From contig CAVUKD010000001.1 of NCBI GenBank assembly GCA_963741985.1, forward strand, positions 42,916 through 106,915: a stretch of DNA of 64,000 nt, in the 5' to 3' direction. This document shows positions 1 through 10,024 of this stretch, piece by piece. The notes beneath the pieces were generated by a model. That model worked only from the letters and a program-made list of their open reading frames with translations, was not told the origin of the DNA and ran no database searches. The DNA comes from an uncultured Cryomorphaceae bacterium (GTDB lineage Bacteria > Bacteroidota > Bacteroidia > Flavobacteriales_D > Cryomorphaceae). Positions within the stretch are counted from its first letter, which is position 1. Every line of letters begins with the position of its first letter. The position numbers were made by a program, and so were the translations under genes.

Positions 1-321
1 GTTTTCTACTTTGCATTTTAACCATGCCACGAATCAAATAATCTGACTGAATAATTTTGTGAAAATAATGAAATATCGTAGTATTTATCATATTTCAGGA
101 TAAAAGTTCCTTCTACTCTTGAGATTTTACCGAGGTATAAAGACCAAAAATGCAATTCGTTTTTGAATCAACAACCCTTTTCATTTTGTTTTTTACACAT
201 TGAGATGGTAAAAACATTGTAGAACTCCCCATTAGTCATAAAATCTAATTGACCGAAAAAGGCCTTATAAAGTTGCTTTCGTGTTCCTGTTATTTATTTG
301 GATGGCTCCTTGAATCTCCAC

Positions 322-1995
322 TTAATTGACTACAACTTTTCGTACGGCGAGCATTTCGCCCGATTTGAGATAGCAGTATACAAAATACATTCCTTTTGAA
401 AGCTTACTTATATCAATCGTTTTAACCGCTTTGTTTGCAAGAGAATCCATTAAAAGGACTCGATTTCCGCTCACGTCGAAAATAGATAATTCAACGTTTT
501 TTACGGAGGTATTAGCGAGCTGAAAATCTACCGACAGTTCTTTTTGAGCAGGATTTGGATATATATTAAAGCTCTGCACCCATTTATGGTCTTCCAATGC
601 AGAACTTATAATATTGACTTGAGGAGTAGTAATAGTACACCCTGATTCAGTGGTAATTTCAACAGAATATTCGCCACTTTCAGAAATCGGCAGGATTTGT
701 TGGTTCGCATCAGCTATTTCTATACCGTTCAAAAACCAGGTGTAAGAGTTGCCTTCGAGTGTAGACTGAATGGTATTCTCTTCGACCATAATTATCGGCC
801 CCAAATAGGTTCCCGATGCTTCTTCTACCCTGTATATAATTCCGCTACTTCCTTCCACTGCATACATTTCACTCCAGATATCCGTTCCAAAAGATACAAC
901 CTGATTGCCAAGATGAGCACCGTGAAAATTTTGCCATTCTCCATCTTCCTCCCAGGAGAGCCAATATTCACCTGAGCAATAGTCGGTAAAAATATATTTC
1001 CCATCGAGAAGCTCAAAGGATGACCCGCGATATACCCGGCCTCCGGTCACAGAGCAGCGACCAGGTCCGGAAGGATTAGCATGTGTGAAATCGAATATCG
1101 GAGAAGTAAAGTCATTTGACTCATCGCATTCAGAGAGATCATAATTAGCCGTGCCTTCATAACAACGCCATCCAAAATTCATACCTCCAGAGTTACCAGC
1201 GGCTACGTAATCGACTTCTTCGTGAAGACTTTGTCCAACATCGGCAATAAAAAGATCTTCATTTTCAGAATCGAAAGCGAATTTCCATGGATTGCGAAGA
1301 CCGAATGCCCATATTTCCGGTAAGGCTCCTTCTTGGTCAACGAAGGGGTTATCTGCAGGAATATTATATGGCAATTCAAGGGTTGGGCCGGACACATCGA
1401 TACGTAAAAGCTTACCGAGATATTTTTGTAAATTTTGTGCGTTATTAAAGGGATCTCCTGCACTACCTCCATCACCGGTACCAATATATAGGTAGCCATC
1501 GGGACCAAACTCGATGTGGCCGCCATTGTGATTGCCGAAAGGCTGATCAAAACTAAGCAAAACATTTTCAGAATCTTCAAGTGCGTTATTTTCATTATCC
1601 GGGTCTACTTGAAATCGGGAGATATGGGTTTTAAGTTGCCCTCCAACGGTCGTGGTGTAATCTACATAAAAAACGCCTGATATACAGTAATCCGGAGGGA
1701 AAGCGATCCCCAGTAATCCCATCTCACTACCCGATCCGTCCACGCGATCCGATATATCCATAAAAGGATCTGACTCTTGTGTCCCATCCGTATAAAGAAT
1801 TCGGATCAAACCGAGCTGCTCAATTACGAATAGACGTTCGTCCCCTGCATTTACAATTTCACATGGCCGGTTGTAGCCCGAGGCAATCTGCGTAAGGGAC
1901 ACTTCGTACTGGCCTTGAGCCACAAGAGGCAAAAAAGCTAATGCCATTAACATTTTTTTGAAGGTTTTCGGGGTATTATGTACGTTATTTGTCAT
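322..1995 (-). CDS. PQQ-dependent sugar dehydrogenase (glucose/sorbosone dehydrogenase family) with type A T9SS C-terminal sorting domain
   Basis: GSDH motifs HNGGHIEFGPDGYLYIGTGDGG and GLRNPWKFAFD; C-terminus IYPNPA...IDISKLSKGMYFV...KVVVN is a typical type A CTD. Start trimmed from 2091 to the ATG at 1995 because the longer ORF overlaps the prfC promoter and start. Confidence 0.85.
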   Translation of the reverse strand: MTNNVHNTPKTFKKMLMALAFLPLVAQGQYEVSLTQIASGYNRPCEIVNAGDERLFVIEQLGLIRILYTDGTQESDPFMDISDRVDGSGSEMGLLGIAFPPDYCISGVFYVDYTTTVGGQLKTHISRFQVDPDNENNALEDSENVLLSFDQPFGNHNGGHIEFGPDGYLYIGTGDGGSAGDPFNNAQNLQKYLGKLLRIDVSGPTLELPYNIPADNPFVDQEGALPEIWAFGLRNPWKFAFDSENEDLFIADVGQSLHEEVDYVAAGNSGGMNFGWRCYEGTANYDLSECDESNDFTSPIFDFTHANPSGPGRCSVTGGRVYRGSSFELLDGKYIFTDYCSGEYWLSWEEDGEWQNFHGAHLGNQVVSFGTDIWSEMYAVEGSSGIIYRVEEASGTYLGPIIMVEENTIQSTLEGNSYTWFLNGIEIADANQQILPISESGEYSVEITTESGCTITTPQVNIISSALEDHKWVQSFNIYPNPAQKELSVDFQLANTSVKNVELSIFDVSGNRVLLMDSLANKAVKTIDISKLSKGMYFVYCYLKSGEMLAVRKVVVN

Positions 1996-2026
1996 GCCTT
2001 CAAAGATAAACACATTTATGTTTATG

Positions 2027-2034
2027 TAAATTTG
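2027..2034 (+). promoter_or_regulatory. Bacteroidota housekeeping promoter -7 element (TAAATTTG) upstream of prfC
   Basis: Exact match to TAnnTTTG, ending 20 nt before the prfC ATG; no clear -33 TTTG at canonical spacing. Confidence 0.55.
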
Positions 2035-2054
2035 CATTTTGAAATTTGATTTGA

Positions 2055-3653
2055 ATGAAGCTGAAGGAAGCAATAGATTCCAGAAAAACATTTGCCATTA
2101 TTAGCCACCCGGATGCCGGGAAGACGACATTAACAGAAAAGTTCTTGCTTTTTGGAGGTGCTATCCAAACAGCCGGTGCCGTAAAATCAAATAAAATTAA
2201 GAAGACAGCTACTTCCGATTTTATGGAAATTGAGCGGCAACGTGGAATTTCGGTGGCTACTTCCGTAATGGGTTTTGAATATCTGGGAATGCAAGTAAAT
2301 ATTCTCGATACCCCAGGCCACAAAGATTTTGCTGAAGATACTTTTCGCACGCTCACAGCCGTGGATAGTGTTATCCTCGTGATTGACTGTGTAAAAGGTG
2401 TGGAAGCTCAGACAGAAAGGTTGATGGAGGTATGCCGTATGCGTAATACGCCGGTTATTATTTTTGTCAATAAAATGGACCGTGACGGAAAGGATGCGTT
2501 TGATCTATTGGATGAACTCGAAGAAAAGCTAAACATTAAGACTAGGCCGCTCAGTTGGCCAATAGGAATTGGCCCAACCTTTCAGGGAGTTTACAATCTC
2601 TTTAACAGCACGCTAAATTTATTTGCAGCGAATAAGACGAAGGTTGAATCTAATACAGTAAATATTACTGACCTTAAAGATAAGACCCTAGATAAGATAT
2701 TGGGTAATGCACCGGCTGACGAACTTCGCGAAGATGTGGAAATGATTGAAGGAGTTTATGATTCTTTCGATCGGGGGGCATATTTAAAAGGAGATCTGGC
2801 TCCCGTTTTTTTCGGAAGTGCTTTGAATAATTTTGGGATCAAGGAATTGCTCGAAACATTTATAGATATCGCACCAATTCCTCAACCTCGTGAAACCGAT
2901 GTCAGAGAAGTGAAACCTTTGGAAAAAGCTTTTACCGGATTTGTTTTCAAGATTCACGCAAATTTGGATCCCAAGCACCGGGACCGAATTGCATTTTTAC
3001 GGATATGTTCAGGAAAGTTTGAGCGAAACCAGTTTTTTTATCACGTCCGGAACGATAAAAAAATTAAATTCTCCAATCCTTCCAGCTTTATGGCAAGTGA
3101 AAAAAGTACCATTGAAGAGGCATTTCCTGGCGATGTAATCGGACTCTACGACACCGGAAATTTTAAAATTGGAGATACCCTGACTGAGGGAGAAGTTTTG
3201 AATTTTAAAGGCGTTCCCAGCTTTTCACCTGAGATTTTTAAAGAAGTAGAGAACCGTGATCCTATGAAGACCAAGCAAATGGAAAAGGGTATTCGACAGC
3301 TTACAGATGAGGGCGTAGCTCAACTTTTTGTTCAGGAATTAGGAAATAAAAAAATTATTGGAACCGTAGGCGAACTTCAGTTTGATGTAATACAATATCG
3401 CCTCGAACATGAGTATGGCGCGAAATGTGCATTCCGACCTCTAAATTATTACAAGGCTTGCTGGGTGACCAGCGATAGTCAGGAAAAATTGAGCGAATTT
3501 ATTCGTATAAAATCAACCAATATGGCCAAGGATAAGGATGACAATTGGGTTTTTATGGCTCCAAGTGAGTGGATACTCAAGTTGGAGAAACAGAATTTTC
3601 CTGAATTAACTTTTCACACGACAAGCGAATTTAAACACGAAGTTTCCGTTTGA
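2055..3653 (+). CDS. prfC: Peptide chain release factor 3
   Basis: [39 protein letters not shown] and NKMDR GTPase motifs; 532 aa. Confidence 0.97.
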   Translation: MKLKEAIDSRKTFAIISHPDAGKTTLTEKFLLFGGAIQTAGAVKSNKIKKTATSDFMEIERQRGISVATSVMGFEYLGMQVNILDTPGHKDFAEDTFRTLTAVDSVILVIDCVKGVEAQTERLMEVCRMRNTPVIIFVNKMDRDGKDAFDLLDELEEKLNIKTRPLSWPIGIGPTFQGVYNLFNSTLNLFAANKTKVESNTVNITDLKDKTLDKILGNAPADELREDVEMIEGVYDSFDRGAYLKGDLAPVFFGSALNNFGIKELLETFIDIAPIPQPRETDVREVKPLEKAFTGFVFKIHANLDPKHRDRIAFLRICSGKFERNQFFYHVRNDKKIKFSNPSSFMASEKSTIEEAFPGDVIGLYDTGNFKIGDTLTEGEVLNFKGVPSFSPEIFKEVENRDPMKTKQMEKGIRQLTDEGVAQLFVQELGNKKIIGTVGELQFDVIQYRLEHEYGAKCAFRPLNYYKACWVTSDSQEKLSEFIRIKSTNMAKDKDDNWVFMAPSEWILKLEKQNFPELTFHTTSEFKHEVSV

Positions 3654-3697
3654 TCGTCATTCGTATACATACCAAACATTATAAATAGTAGAATTCA

Positions 3698-5167
3698 ATG
3701 AAACGAGCTATTCTATTTCTGCTTTTTGCAGGTTCATTGGTAACCTCACAAGCACAGGAAAACCCTTACCAATTTCACATTAAAGGACTGCAGGATACGG
3801 TAGTGTATCTCGCGAGTTACTATGGTGACAAACTCTATTATGCAGATACTGCATACGCCGATAATAATGGTGATTTTTCATTCAAGAAAATAGAAGATAA
3901 GGATCAAGGTAAATATGCCGTAGTAATTCCCGGGCCAAAATTTTTCGAATTTCTGATAGCTGATGATGAGGATATCGAAATGACCACTGACACCACCGAT
4001 TTGGTGAAAGATTTGAAAGTGTTGAAATCGAAGAATAATAAGGTTATGTACGAATACACGCGATTTCTCACAGACCGACGTGCTGAAAGGGATAAGTTGG
4101 TAGATGCCATTGATTCGAATGAGACAGACCCTTCGAAAACGAAAGCTATAAAAGAGGAATATAATAAACTGAACGACCGGGTAGTAGAATATCAGAAAGA
4201 AATTGCTAAAAAGAATATGCCCCTATTTGTGGCAAAGGAGATTATGATGTCGGTCGATCCGGATATTCCATCAGCGATTCGTGATAGTGCTGAGGCTTCC
4301 TATTATTATTTCAAAGCCCACTACTTCGACAATATTGATCTTTCCGACGATCGCATTGTGCGCACACCTATTTTCCAAACAAAGCTTATTAATTATTTGA
4401 ATAAAACGCTTGTTCAAAATCCAGATTCAATTATCAAATCGCTCGACAAGCTCATTGCCACGCTTAATCCGAAATCAGAAGTCTTCAAGTACATTGTTCA
4501 CTATTCAACCTATAATTTCGAGACCTCCAAAATAATGGGGATGGATAAAGTGTTTGTTCATCTTGTTGATAAATATTATGATAAGAACACCGCCTTTTGG
4601 ATGGATGCAGACAAGCTGAAGAAGATTCAAGATAAGGCAAGTGAAAAACGCTATACCTTGATTGGGATGAAGGCACCTGAACTTATTTTGATGGACACTT
4701 TAGGCAACTGGGTAAGCACATATAAAGACATTCATACAAAATATACGGTTCTCTATTTTTATGATGCTGATTGCGGGCATTGTAAAAAAGAAACACCGGT
4801 GCTCGTCGACTTTTATAAAAACTATAGGGACAAAGACTTGAGCATTTATGCTGTATGTGCGGATCACGACCAAAAATGGCTCGACTTTATCAGGAAATAT
4901 AACACAGGGGATTTTTATAACGTTACTATTCCTTCAAAGGCATATAGTGACGCCGACTTCGCTACAAATTTGATCACCTCAGGAAAAACGACTTATCAGA
5001 GTTTGAAATACTTAGAGACTTTTGATGTTTACTCTACCCCGAAGGTTTTTATTCTGGATGAGAACGGAATCATCAAAGCCAAGGATATTTCTGTAGAACA
5101 AATTGGAGAGATTCTGACGCGACTTAAGGAAATGAATGCAAAAAAAGAAAAGGCTGAGCTGAAGTAA
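3698..5167 (+). CDS. Exported thioredoxin-like (TlpA/AhpC-TSA) protein with DUF5106-like middle region
   Basis: Signal peptide ending AQ; YFKAHYFDNIDLSDDRIVRTP middle region; FYDADCGHCKKE CxxC motif; FDVYSTPKVFILD cis-Pro loop. Confidence 0.75.
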   Translation: MKRAILFLLFAGSLVTSQAQENPYQFHIKGLQDTVVYLASYYGDKLYYADTAYADNNGDFSFKKIEDKDQGKYAVVIPGPKFFEFLIADDEDIEMTTDTTDLVKDLKVLKSKNNKVMYEYTRFLTDRRAERDKLVDAIDSNETDPSKTKAIKEEYNKLNDRVVEYQKEIAKKNMPLFVAKEIMMSVDPDIPSAIRDSAEASYYYFKAHYFDNIDLSDDRIVRTPIFQTKLINYLNKTLVQNPDSIIKSLDKLIATLNPKSEVFKYIVHYSTYNFETSKIMGMDKVFVHLVDKYYDKNTAFWMDADKLKKIQDKASEKRYTLIGMKAPELILMDTLGNWVSTYKDIHTKYTVLYFYDADCGHCKKETPVLVDFYKNYRDKDLSIYAVCADHDQKWLDFIRKYNTGDFYNVTIPSKAYSDADFATNLITSGKTTYQSLKYLETFDVYSTPKVFILDENGIIKAKDISVEQIGEILTRLKEMNAKKEKAELK

Positions 5168-5193
5168 TTTTTAAGCTTTCAGTATTTTGGGAA

Positions 5194-5415
5194 TCATCCT
5201 TTTTTAAGGACCCGAACATCAATTGCTTCGGGGCCGTTTTTGCCGGCTACTTCGCGGTAGCTTACTATATTGTTCTTTCGGATTTCATCGATCAAGCCTG
5301 CCACAGGGATATAGACTTCCTTACCGGTTTCATTATCATTTAAAAATCCAAATAGTTTTTCGTCGATATAAAATTTGACGGTCCCAACACGGGTTTCTTG
5401 CTCTGCAGGAGTCAT
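5194..5415 (-). CDS. Cold-shock domain protein (degenerate RNP motifs)
   Basis: GTVKFY..EKLFGFL..NETGKEVYI...GLIDEI..NNIVSY...GKNGPEAIDV matches the CSD pattern. Confidence 0.8.
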   Translation of the reverse strand: MTPAEQETRVGTVKFYIDEKLFGFLNDNETGKEVYIPVAGLIDEIRKNNIVSYREVAGKNGPEAIDVRVLKKG

Positions 5416-5418
5416 TTA

Positions 5419-8400
5419 TTAGTCTTTTGATTTGTTGTTGAATGCGTCAATCGTTTCGCGGCTCCAGGTATTTTCAGAAATCGATAGTCCATTTTTAAAA
5501 TAATAGTTACCGGACTTATCGAGCACTTTTTTATACTCATCTCCCCTATTTCCTTTTACCACTATACGGGTGATGATTACTTTATTTCCCATCGTAGAAC
5601 TCTCCTCGCTCACCCCTTGCGGGTATGTCACAGCCAGCAAAGATCGATAGTAATCTGCGTACTCTTTTGGGCTATTCTCAAAAAGCATTCTGGCTTCTTT
5701 CATAGCGTCTTCCCTCCTTTTATCCGCCATTTGTTGACGGTCTTGAGTGTTGGAGGCGTATCGCTCTTTTTGTTGTTCAAATTGTTGCGCAGCGACAGTT
5801 ACTTTATCGTCGTTCTTTGAGCCCATTGATTTGGAGTAGCTTTCTCGTTGTTCTGCAAGTTCCTGCGATGTGTTCCGCACTTTTTCCATATCTTCTTGAG
5901 CAGCTTCAGCACGGGTCTCTAAAAATTCCACTTTCCTTTCAGAAAAGTCCTGTGAGCGTTCAGCCCGAAGATCATCTGCAACTTTGTTCTCCGTATATCG
6001 CTGCGCAGCATTCTGCTGATTTTCTTTATTCAATTTCAATCGTTCTTCCGTACTGGCATCACTCCACTCCTGAATTTTTTGCAATTGCTGCTCCTTCAGC
6101 GCTGCCTGCTTCTGGACTTTTTGTTCATGTCGTTTTTCGCGATCACTCAACCACTCTGAACGGTTGGATTCATCCTTTTTAATCTGCTCATAGGCATCTT
6201 TTCGATGAACTGTTTCCGTTTCAGCTGCGGCACTTCGGCTATCGAGTAAGGTTTTTTTGTAATTGACCGAATTATTTACTTTTTCACTTCGGTTATTTAC
6301 AGATTCAATATCTTGGTTTTCACGGCCTGACTCCAAAGATTCAATATGATCCCGATTTTCTTTCCGCAGTTCATCACCGCTTGCGCGGAAGTTTGAATTG
6401 TTCTTCGCATATTGCTCTTTTTGCTTTTTAACGCGCTCATATTTTTCTCTTTCCTGAGCGTCGCGGGCGTCCCGCATAAATTGTTCCGCCTGGTCTTCCG
6501 AGTTGGTATTTACGTTGCTTACCACTTCTTTCTTCCTTTCAGGAATAGCTTTAGCTTCTTCCTCTTCCTCAGCAATTCGGTTTTTTTCAGCTTCTTGTGA
6601 TGCTTGCTGTTCTTTGAGAAGTTTTATTTTCTCAATTTGACCTTTTGGGTATACTTCAGACGGCTTAATTGTTAGTGCGTTTTTATACGAATCAATAGCC
6701 TCATCGTATTCCGAACCTGCAAAAAAATCATTCGCTTCCTTCAAAGCATCATTATATGCTTTTTCTTTCGCAGCAATTTCCGCTTGGGAATCGGCTAATC
6801 GCTGTTTTTCAAGAAGGATATCAATTTCGGTAATTCGTTTGGTCGGATATTTCTCATCAGGCATCATCTGCTGTGCATCGAGATATTTCAGCCGAGCCAT
6901 TTCATAACTTTCGGCATTGAATAATTCATCCGCATCTACGACCAAGGCTTCATACTGAGCGCGGGCATCCTTCTTCGCGTCAAGCTGACCAAGAATTTCA
7001 TTTACGGCTCCGATTTTTTCAATTGCCACCTCATTTCCCGGAAGGAGGCCAAGAGCAGACTGATATGAATCGAGCGATTCGTTGTAGTTTTTATGTTTAA
7101 AGTCCTTATCGCCCTCTGCAATGAGATCATCAAATTGTGATTGAAGTTCCGCTTGCTTCGCCTTTTCAGCATCAATGGCCGCCGCTGCTATTTTCGAATC
7201 AATATCGGATATCTGATCTTTCGGATACTGCTCTTCAGATTTTATCGAGAGCGCATTTTGGTATCCGTTTTTTGCATCTGTCCAATCTTCTTTTTTGTAG
7301 GCTTTATCTGCATCATCGATTGCAGCCTGATAAGCCTCTTGATTGGCAGCGGATTCCTGGAACGTCAGCATTTTTTTCATGGCTGCATCACGCTTGGATT
7401 CAATATCCGAACGATTCGGCAAAATAGATAATGCCTCTTCATACTTCACAATTCCTTTTTCGAAAGAATTCGCTTTTACCAAATTATCGCCTTCGAGAAC
7501 TATTGCATTAACCTCATCGATTTTTGCTTGCATTTCCGCATCAGCAGCAGCGGCAGCTTCGGCTGCGATTTTCTCTTGAATAAGCGCAATTTGGTCTTTG
7601 GGATATTTTTCAGAATCTTTTAATTGAGAAGCTTCTTGATAAGCTGCCAACGCATTCTGTAGATCGTTCTTGCTATATTTTTTATCGGCATCGGCAATCT
7701 TGACATTGTATTGATCATTAAGCGCCATCTTGCTTTCTTTTTCCTTGAGCTTTGCCAGTGCCACCTCCCTCTTATTGGTAGCAGCAGCATCTCCATCCTT
7801 TACGCTCAGGGCATTTTCAAACTGAGTTATTGCTTCTGCATATTCTGCTTTACCTATTGCAATATCTCCGGATGACATATATCCCTCGTATTCAGCTTGC
7901 AATTTCGCCTGTTCGGCAGCATCTGCAGCTGCTTTTTCCGCTTGAGCTATTGCCTGATCGATTAATTCAAGTTGTGTTTTCGGATACGCTTCATCCGACT
8001 TTACGTTCAGTGCTTTTTGGTAATCCGTGCGTGCAGCTTCGTATTTCTTGGCGTTAAACTTTTCATCAGCCGAAGCAACCAGATTCGCGTATTCCGCTTC
8101 TGAAGCCTGGGTTTTATCATATTCTGCTTTCAGCTTGGTAGCGTTATCCAAAGCATTTGTTGCTGCTTTATCGTCTGCAAATACCGCAAGTGCCGCCTTA
8201 TATTGGGAGATTGCTTCGCCGTATTTCTTGCCTTCTTCGGCAGTTTGCCCAGCCTTCATGGCTGCATCGTACGTTTCCTGAGCTTTTTGAGAATCAGCCA
8301 ATTCTTTCAATTTGGCATCGATTTTTGTAATCTGATCCAACGGATATGTTTCTTCGGGAATGAGTTTTTTTGCTTCCTGATATTTGGTTTTTGCGTCAGC

Positions 8401-9960
8401 ATATTCCTCTTTCCCGAAAAGTTTGTCCGCGTCAGCGATCAGCGCATCATAATTCGTTTGCTTTTCAGCCAGTGCATTCTTTTCATTCAGTAGACCCTGT
8501 GCTTCTTTAAGCTTTGCAGAAGCTGTGGCATCTTTTGGGAAAACAGCCAAAGCGCTGTTGAATTTCTCAATTGCAGAATGATAATCAGTGGCCGTGAGAG
8601 CGTCGGTTCCTTCTTTCATTAACGCATCGAAAGAGGCTTGCTTTTCTGCGGCAGCCGCATTTTCTGCTATTTGGGCATTACAAGCCGCAATACGTTCAGT
8701 GGGATACGTTTCATCAGGGAGCAACTTCGCAGCCGCTTCATAATCCGGTAAGGCCTCTTTGAAATTTTTGGATGAATATTTTTGATCCGCAGAAGCTATC
8801 AAAGCGTCATAGCTGGCCTGAAGTTTTGCAATTTTTTCCTTGTTGGCAATAGCATCTTGTGTAGCCTGAATTTTTTTAGCAACCTCACTGTTATCCGGCA
8901 TTACGGTTTGTGCTTCCTGATATTTGGCAAGGGCATCTTCATACTTTTTCCCATCGAAAGCAACAGCACCTTCTCCCATCAACTTATTGAATTTGTCTTG
9001 TTTAGCCAAATTCTCAGCTCGATCCTTTTTAATCTTTTCTGCCTTGGTTATCTGATCTTTGGGGTACGACTCGTCGGGTTTTATTTTGAGGGCAGCATTG
9101 TAGGATTCAATGGCTTTATCGAATTCCTCGGTTCGCATAAAACCATCACCTTTATCGAGAGCAGTCGCGTAATTTGCTTCTTTTTCAGCTGCCGCTTTTT
9201 CATTATTAAATTTTGTTTGTGCGTCACCCAGCTTTCCCTTTACCGGAAGATTGTCGGGTTTTATTGCCAAGGCGGCCTGATAGTTGAGCACGCCATCCTG
9301 ATAATTTGATTTGGACATGGCGGCATCTCCATCTTTCACAAACTGATTGAACTTTTCTTCTTGTGCTTTAGCTGCTTTATCTGCTTCAGAATCTTGTTTA
9401 TCAAGCTCTTTCTGCTTTTTCTCCACATCATGCATAAACGACATAATGTCGTTTTTTACTTTATTAGTATAGGTAAAATCCCAAACCAAATCACCCTCAG
9501 CAGGATCGAATTTTGCTTTTCCAATAGGCTCATTAAATACCGACAAATCAGCTCCTTTCATTGCTTCGGTTATCTCATACATGCTCATATCCGTCGGCAT
9601 GATTATACCAGCACCTATAACTTCAGGAGGCACATTGGTGGCATCTATCGTAATGGATCGATCCACGTATCCATCCTTTTGAAAAACCAAGTCGTATCGC
9701 GAATCGCAATCTAGATAAAACTCATATTTACCATTAGCTCGGGTGGTGAATGTATCGTGGTTGGTGCCGTTCTTTTTTACTGTAACCTTGACGCCATCAA
9801 GCTTTGATGAGCTCATAGCATCGGAAACTACTCCGTGAATGTTCAGATCATCTTGCGCATAGGAAAGCATGGGCGCAAAACATATTAACCACATTCCAAA
9901 ATGGAACAGGAAACTTTGCACAGATATTTTTTTGGAAAATGGGCCTCGCAGGTAGCTCAT
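5419..9960 (-). CDS. Giant exported TPR-repeat protein: carboxypeptidase-regulatory-like N-domain, 15 TPR-like modules, charged coiled coil, small C-terminal domain
   Basis: Signal peptide ending MLSYAQ; beta-sandwich IHGVVSD...VKVTV...TRANGKYEF...LVFQKDGY; repeated Y..A....D......Y..A...Y..AL...P modules. Start placed at the ATG at 9960 (track uses TTG 9969). Confidence 0.8.
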   Translation of the reverse strand: MSYLRGPFSKKISVQSFLFHFGMWLICFAPMLSYAQDDLNIHGVVSDAMSSSKLDGVKVTVKKNGTNHDTFTTRANGKYEFYLDCDSRYDLVFQKDGYVDRSITIDATNVPPEVIGAGIIMPTDMSMYEITEAMKGADLSVFNEPIGKAKFDPAEGDLVWDFTYTNKVKNDIMSFMHDVEKKQKELDKQDSEADKAAKAQEEKFNQFVKDGDAAMSKSNYQDGVLNYQAALAIKPDNLPVKGKLGDAQTKFNNEKAAAEKEANYATALDKGDGFMRTEEFDKAIESYNAALKIKPDESYPKDQITKAEKIKKDRAENLAKQDKFNKLMGEGAVAFDGKKYEDALAKYQEAQTVMPDNSEVAKKIQATQDAIANKEKIAKLQASYDALIASADQKYSSKNFKEALPDYEAAAKLLPDETYPTERIAACNAQIAENAAAAEKQASFDALMKEGTDALTATDYHSAIEKFNSALAVFPKDATASAKLKEAQGLLNEKNALAEKQTNYDALIADADKLFGKEEYADAKTKYQEAKKLIPEETYPLDQITKIDAKLKELADSQKAQETYDAAMKAGQTAEEGKKYGEAISQYKAALAVFADDKAATNALDNATKLKAEYDKTQASEAEYANLVASADEKFNAKKYEAARTDYQKALNVKSDEAYPKTQLELIDQAIAQAEKAAADAAEQAKLQAEYEGYMSSGDIAIGKAEYAEAITQFENALSVKDGDAAATNKREVALAKLKEKESKMALNDQYNVKIADADKKYSKNDLQNALAAYQEASQLKDSEKYPKDQIALIQEKIAAEAAAAADAEMQAKIDEVNAIVLEGDNLVKANSFEKGIVKYEEALSILPNRSDIESKRDAAMKKMLTFQESAANQEAYQAAIDDADKAYKKEDWTDAKNGYQNALSIKSEEQYPKDQISDIDSKIAAAAIDAEKAKQAELQSQFDDLIAEGDKDFKHKNYNESLDSYQSALGLLPGNEVAIEKIGAVNEILGQLDAKKDARAQYEALVVDADELFNAESYEMARLKYLDAQQMMPDEKYPTKRITEIDILLEKQRLADSQAEIAAKEKAYNDALKEANDFFAGSEYDEAIDSYKNALTIKPSEVYPKGQIEKIKLLKEQQASQEAEKNRIAEEEEEAKAIPERKKEVVSNVNTNSEDQAEQFMRDARDAQEREKYERVKKQKEQYAKNNSNFRASGDELRKENRDHIESLESGRENQDIESVNNRSEKVNNSVNYKKTLLDSRSAAAETETVHRKDAYEQIKKDESNRSEWLSDREKRHEQKVQKQAALKEQQLQKIQEWSDASTEERLKLNKENQQNAAQRYTENKVADDLRAERSQDFSERKVEFLETRAEAAQEDMEKVRNTSQELAEQRESYSKSMGSKNDDKVTVAAQQFEQQKERYASNTQDRQQMADKRREDAMKEARMLFENSPKEYADYYRSLLAVTYPQGVSEESSTMGNKVIITRIVVKGNRGDEYKKVLDKSGNYYFKNGLSISENTWSRETIDAFNNKSKD
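6620..9355 (-). repeat. Protein-level tandem repeat: 15 TPR-like ~60-aa modules within the giant protein
   Basis: Modules aligned by eye from the translation; even modules end in E.YP..(Q/R)(I/L), odd modules lack YP. Boundaries approximate. Confidence 0.8.
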
Positions 9961-10024
9961 TGTGCGCAAATATCGAAGAAAATTCTCTTACTTTCGATCA
10001 AAATTTAGTTAATATTTAACGCCG

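Noticed and set aside
1-321. Possible gene or RNA at the left edge
   Set aside because: Only very short ORFs and no RNA motif; treated as intergenic.
6620-9355. Periodic sequence as a possible CRISPR array or DNA tandem repeat
   Set aside because: The periodicity is at protein level with diverged codons; there are no identical 25-45 bp repeats with unique spacers and no cas genes.
5617-9714. Many 60-175 aa plus-strand ORFs opposite the giant TPR gene, and similar short ORFs opposite other large genes
   Set aside because: Shadow ORFs from the codon bias of the sense gene; Phe/Leu/Ser-rich with no family motifs.
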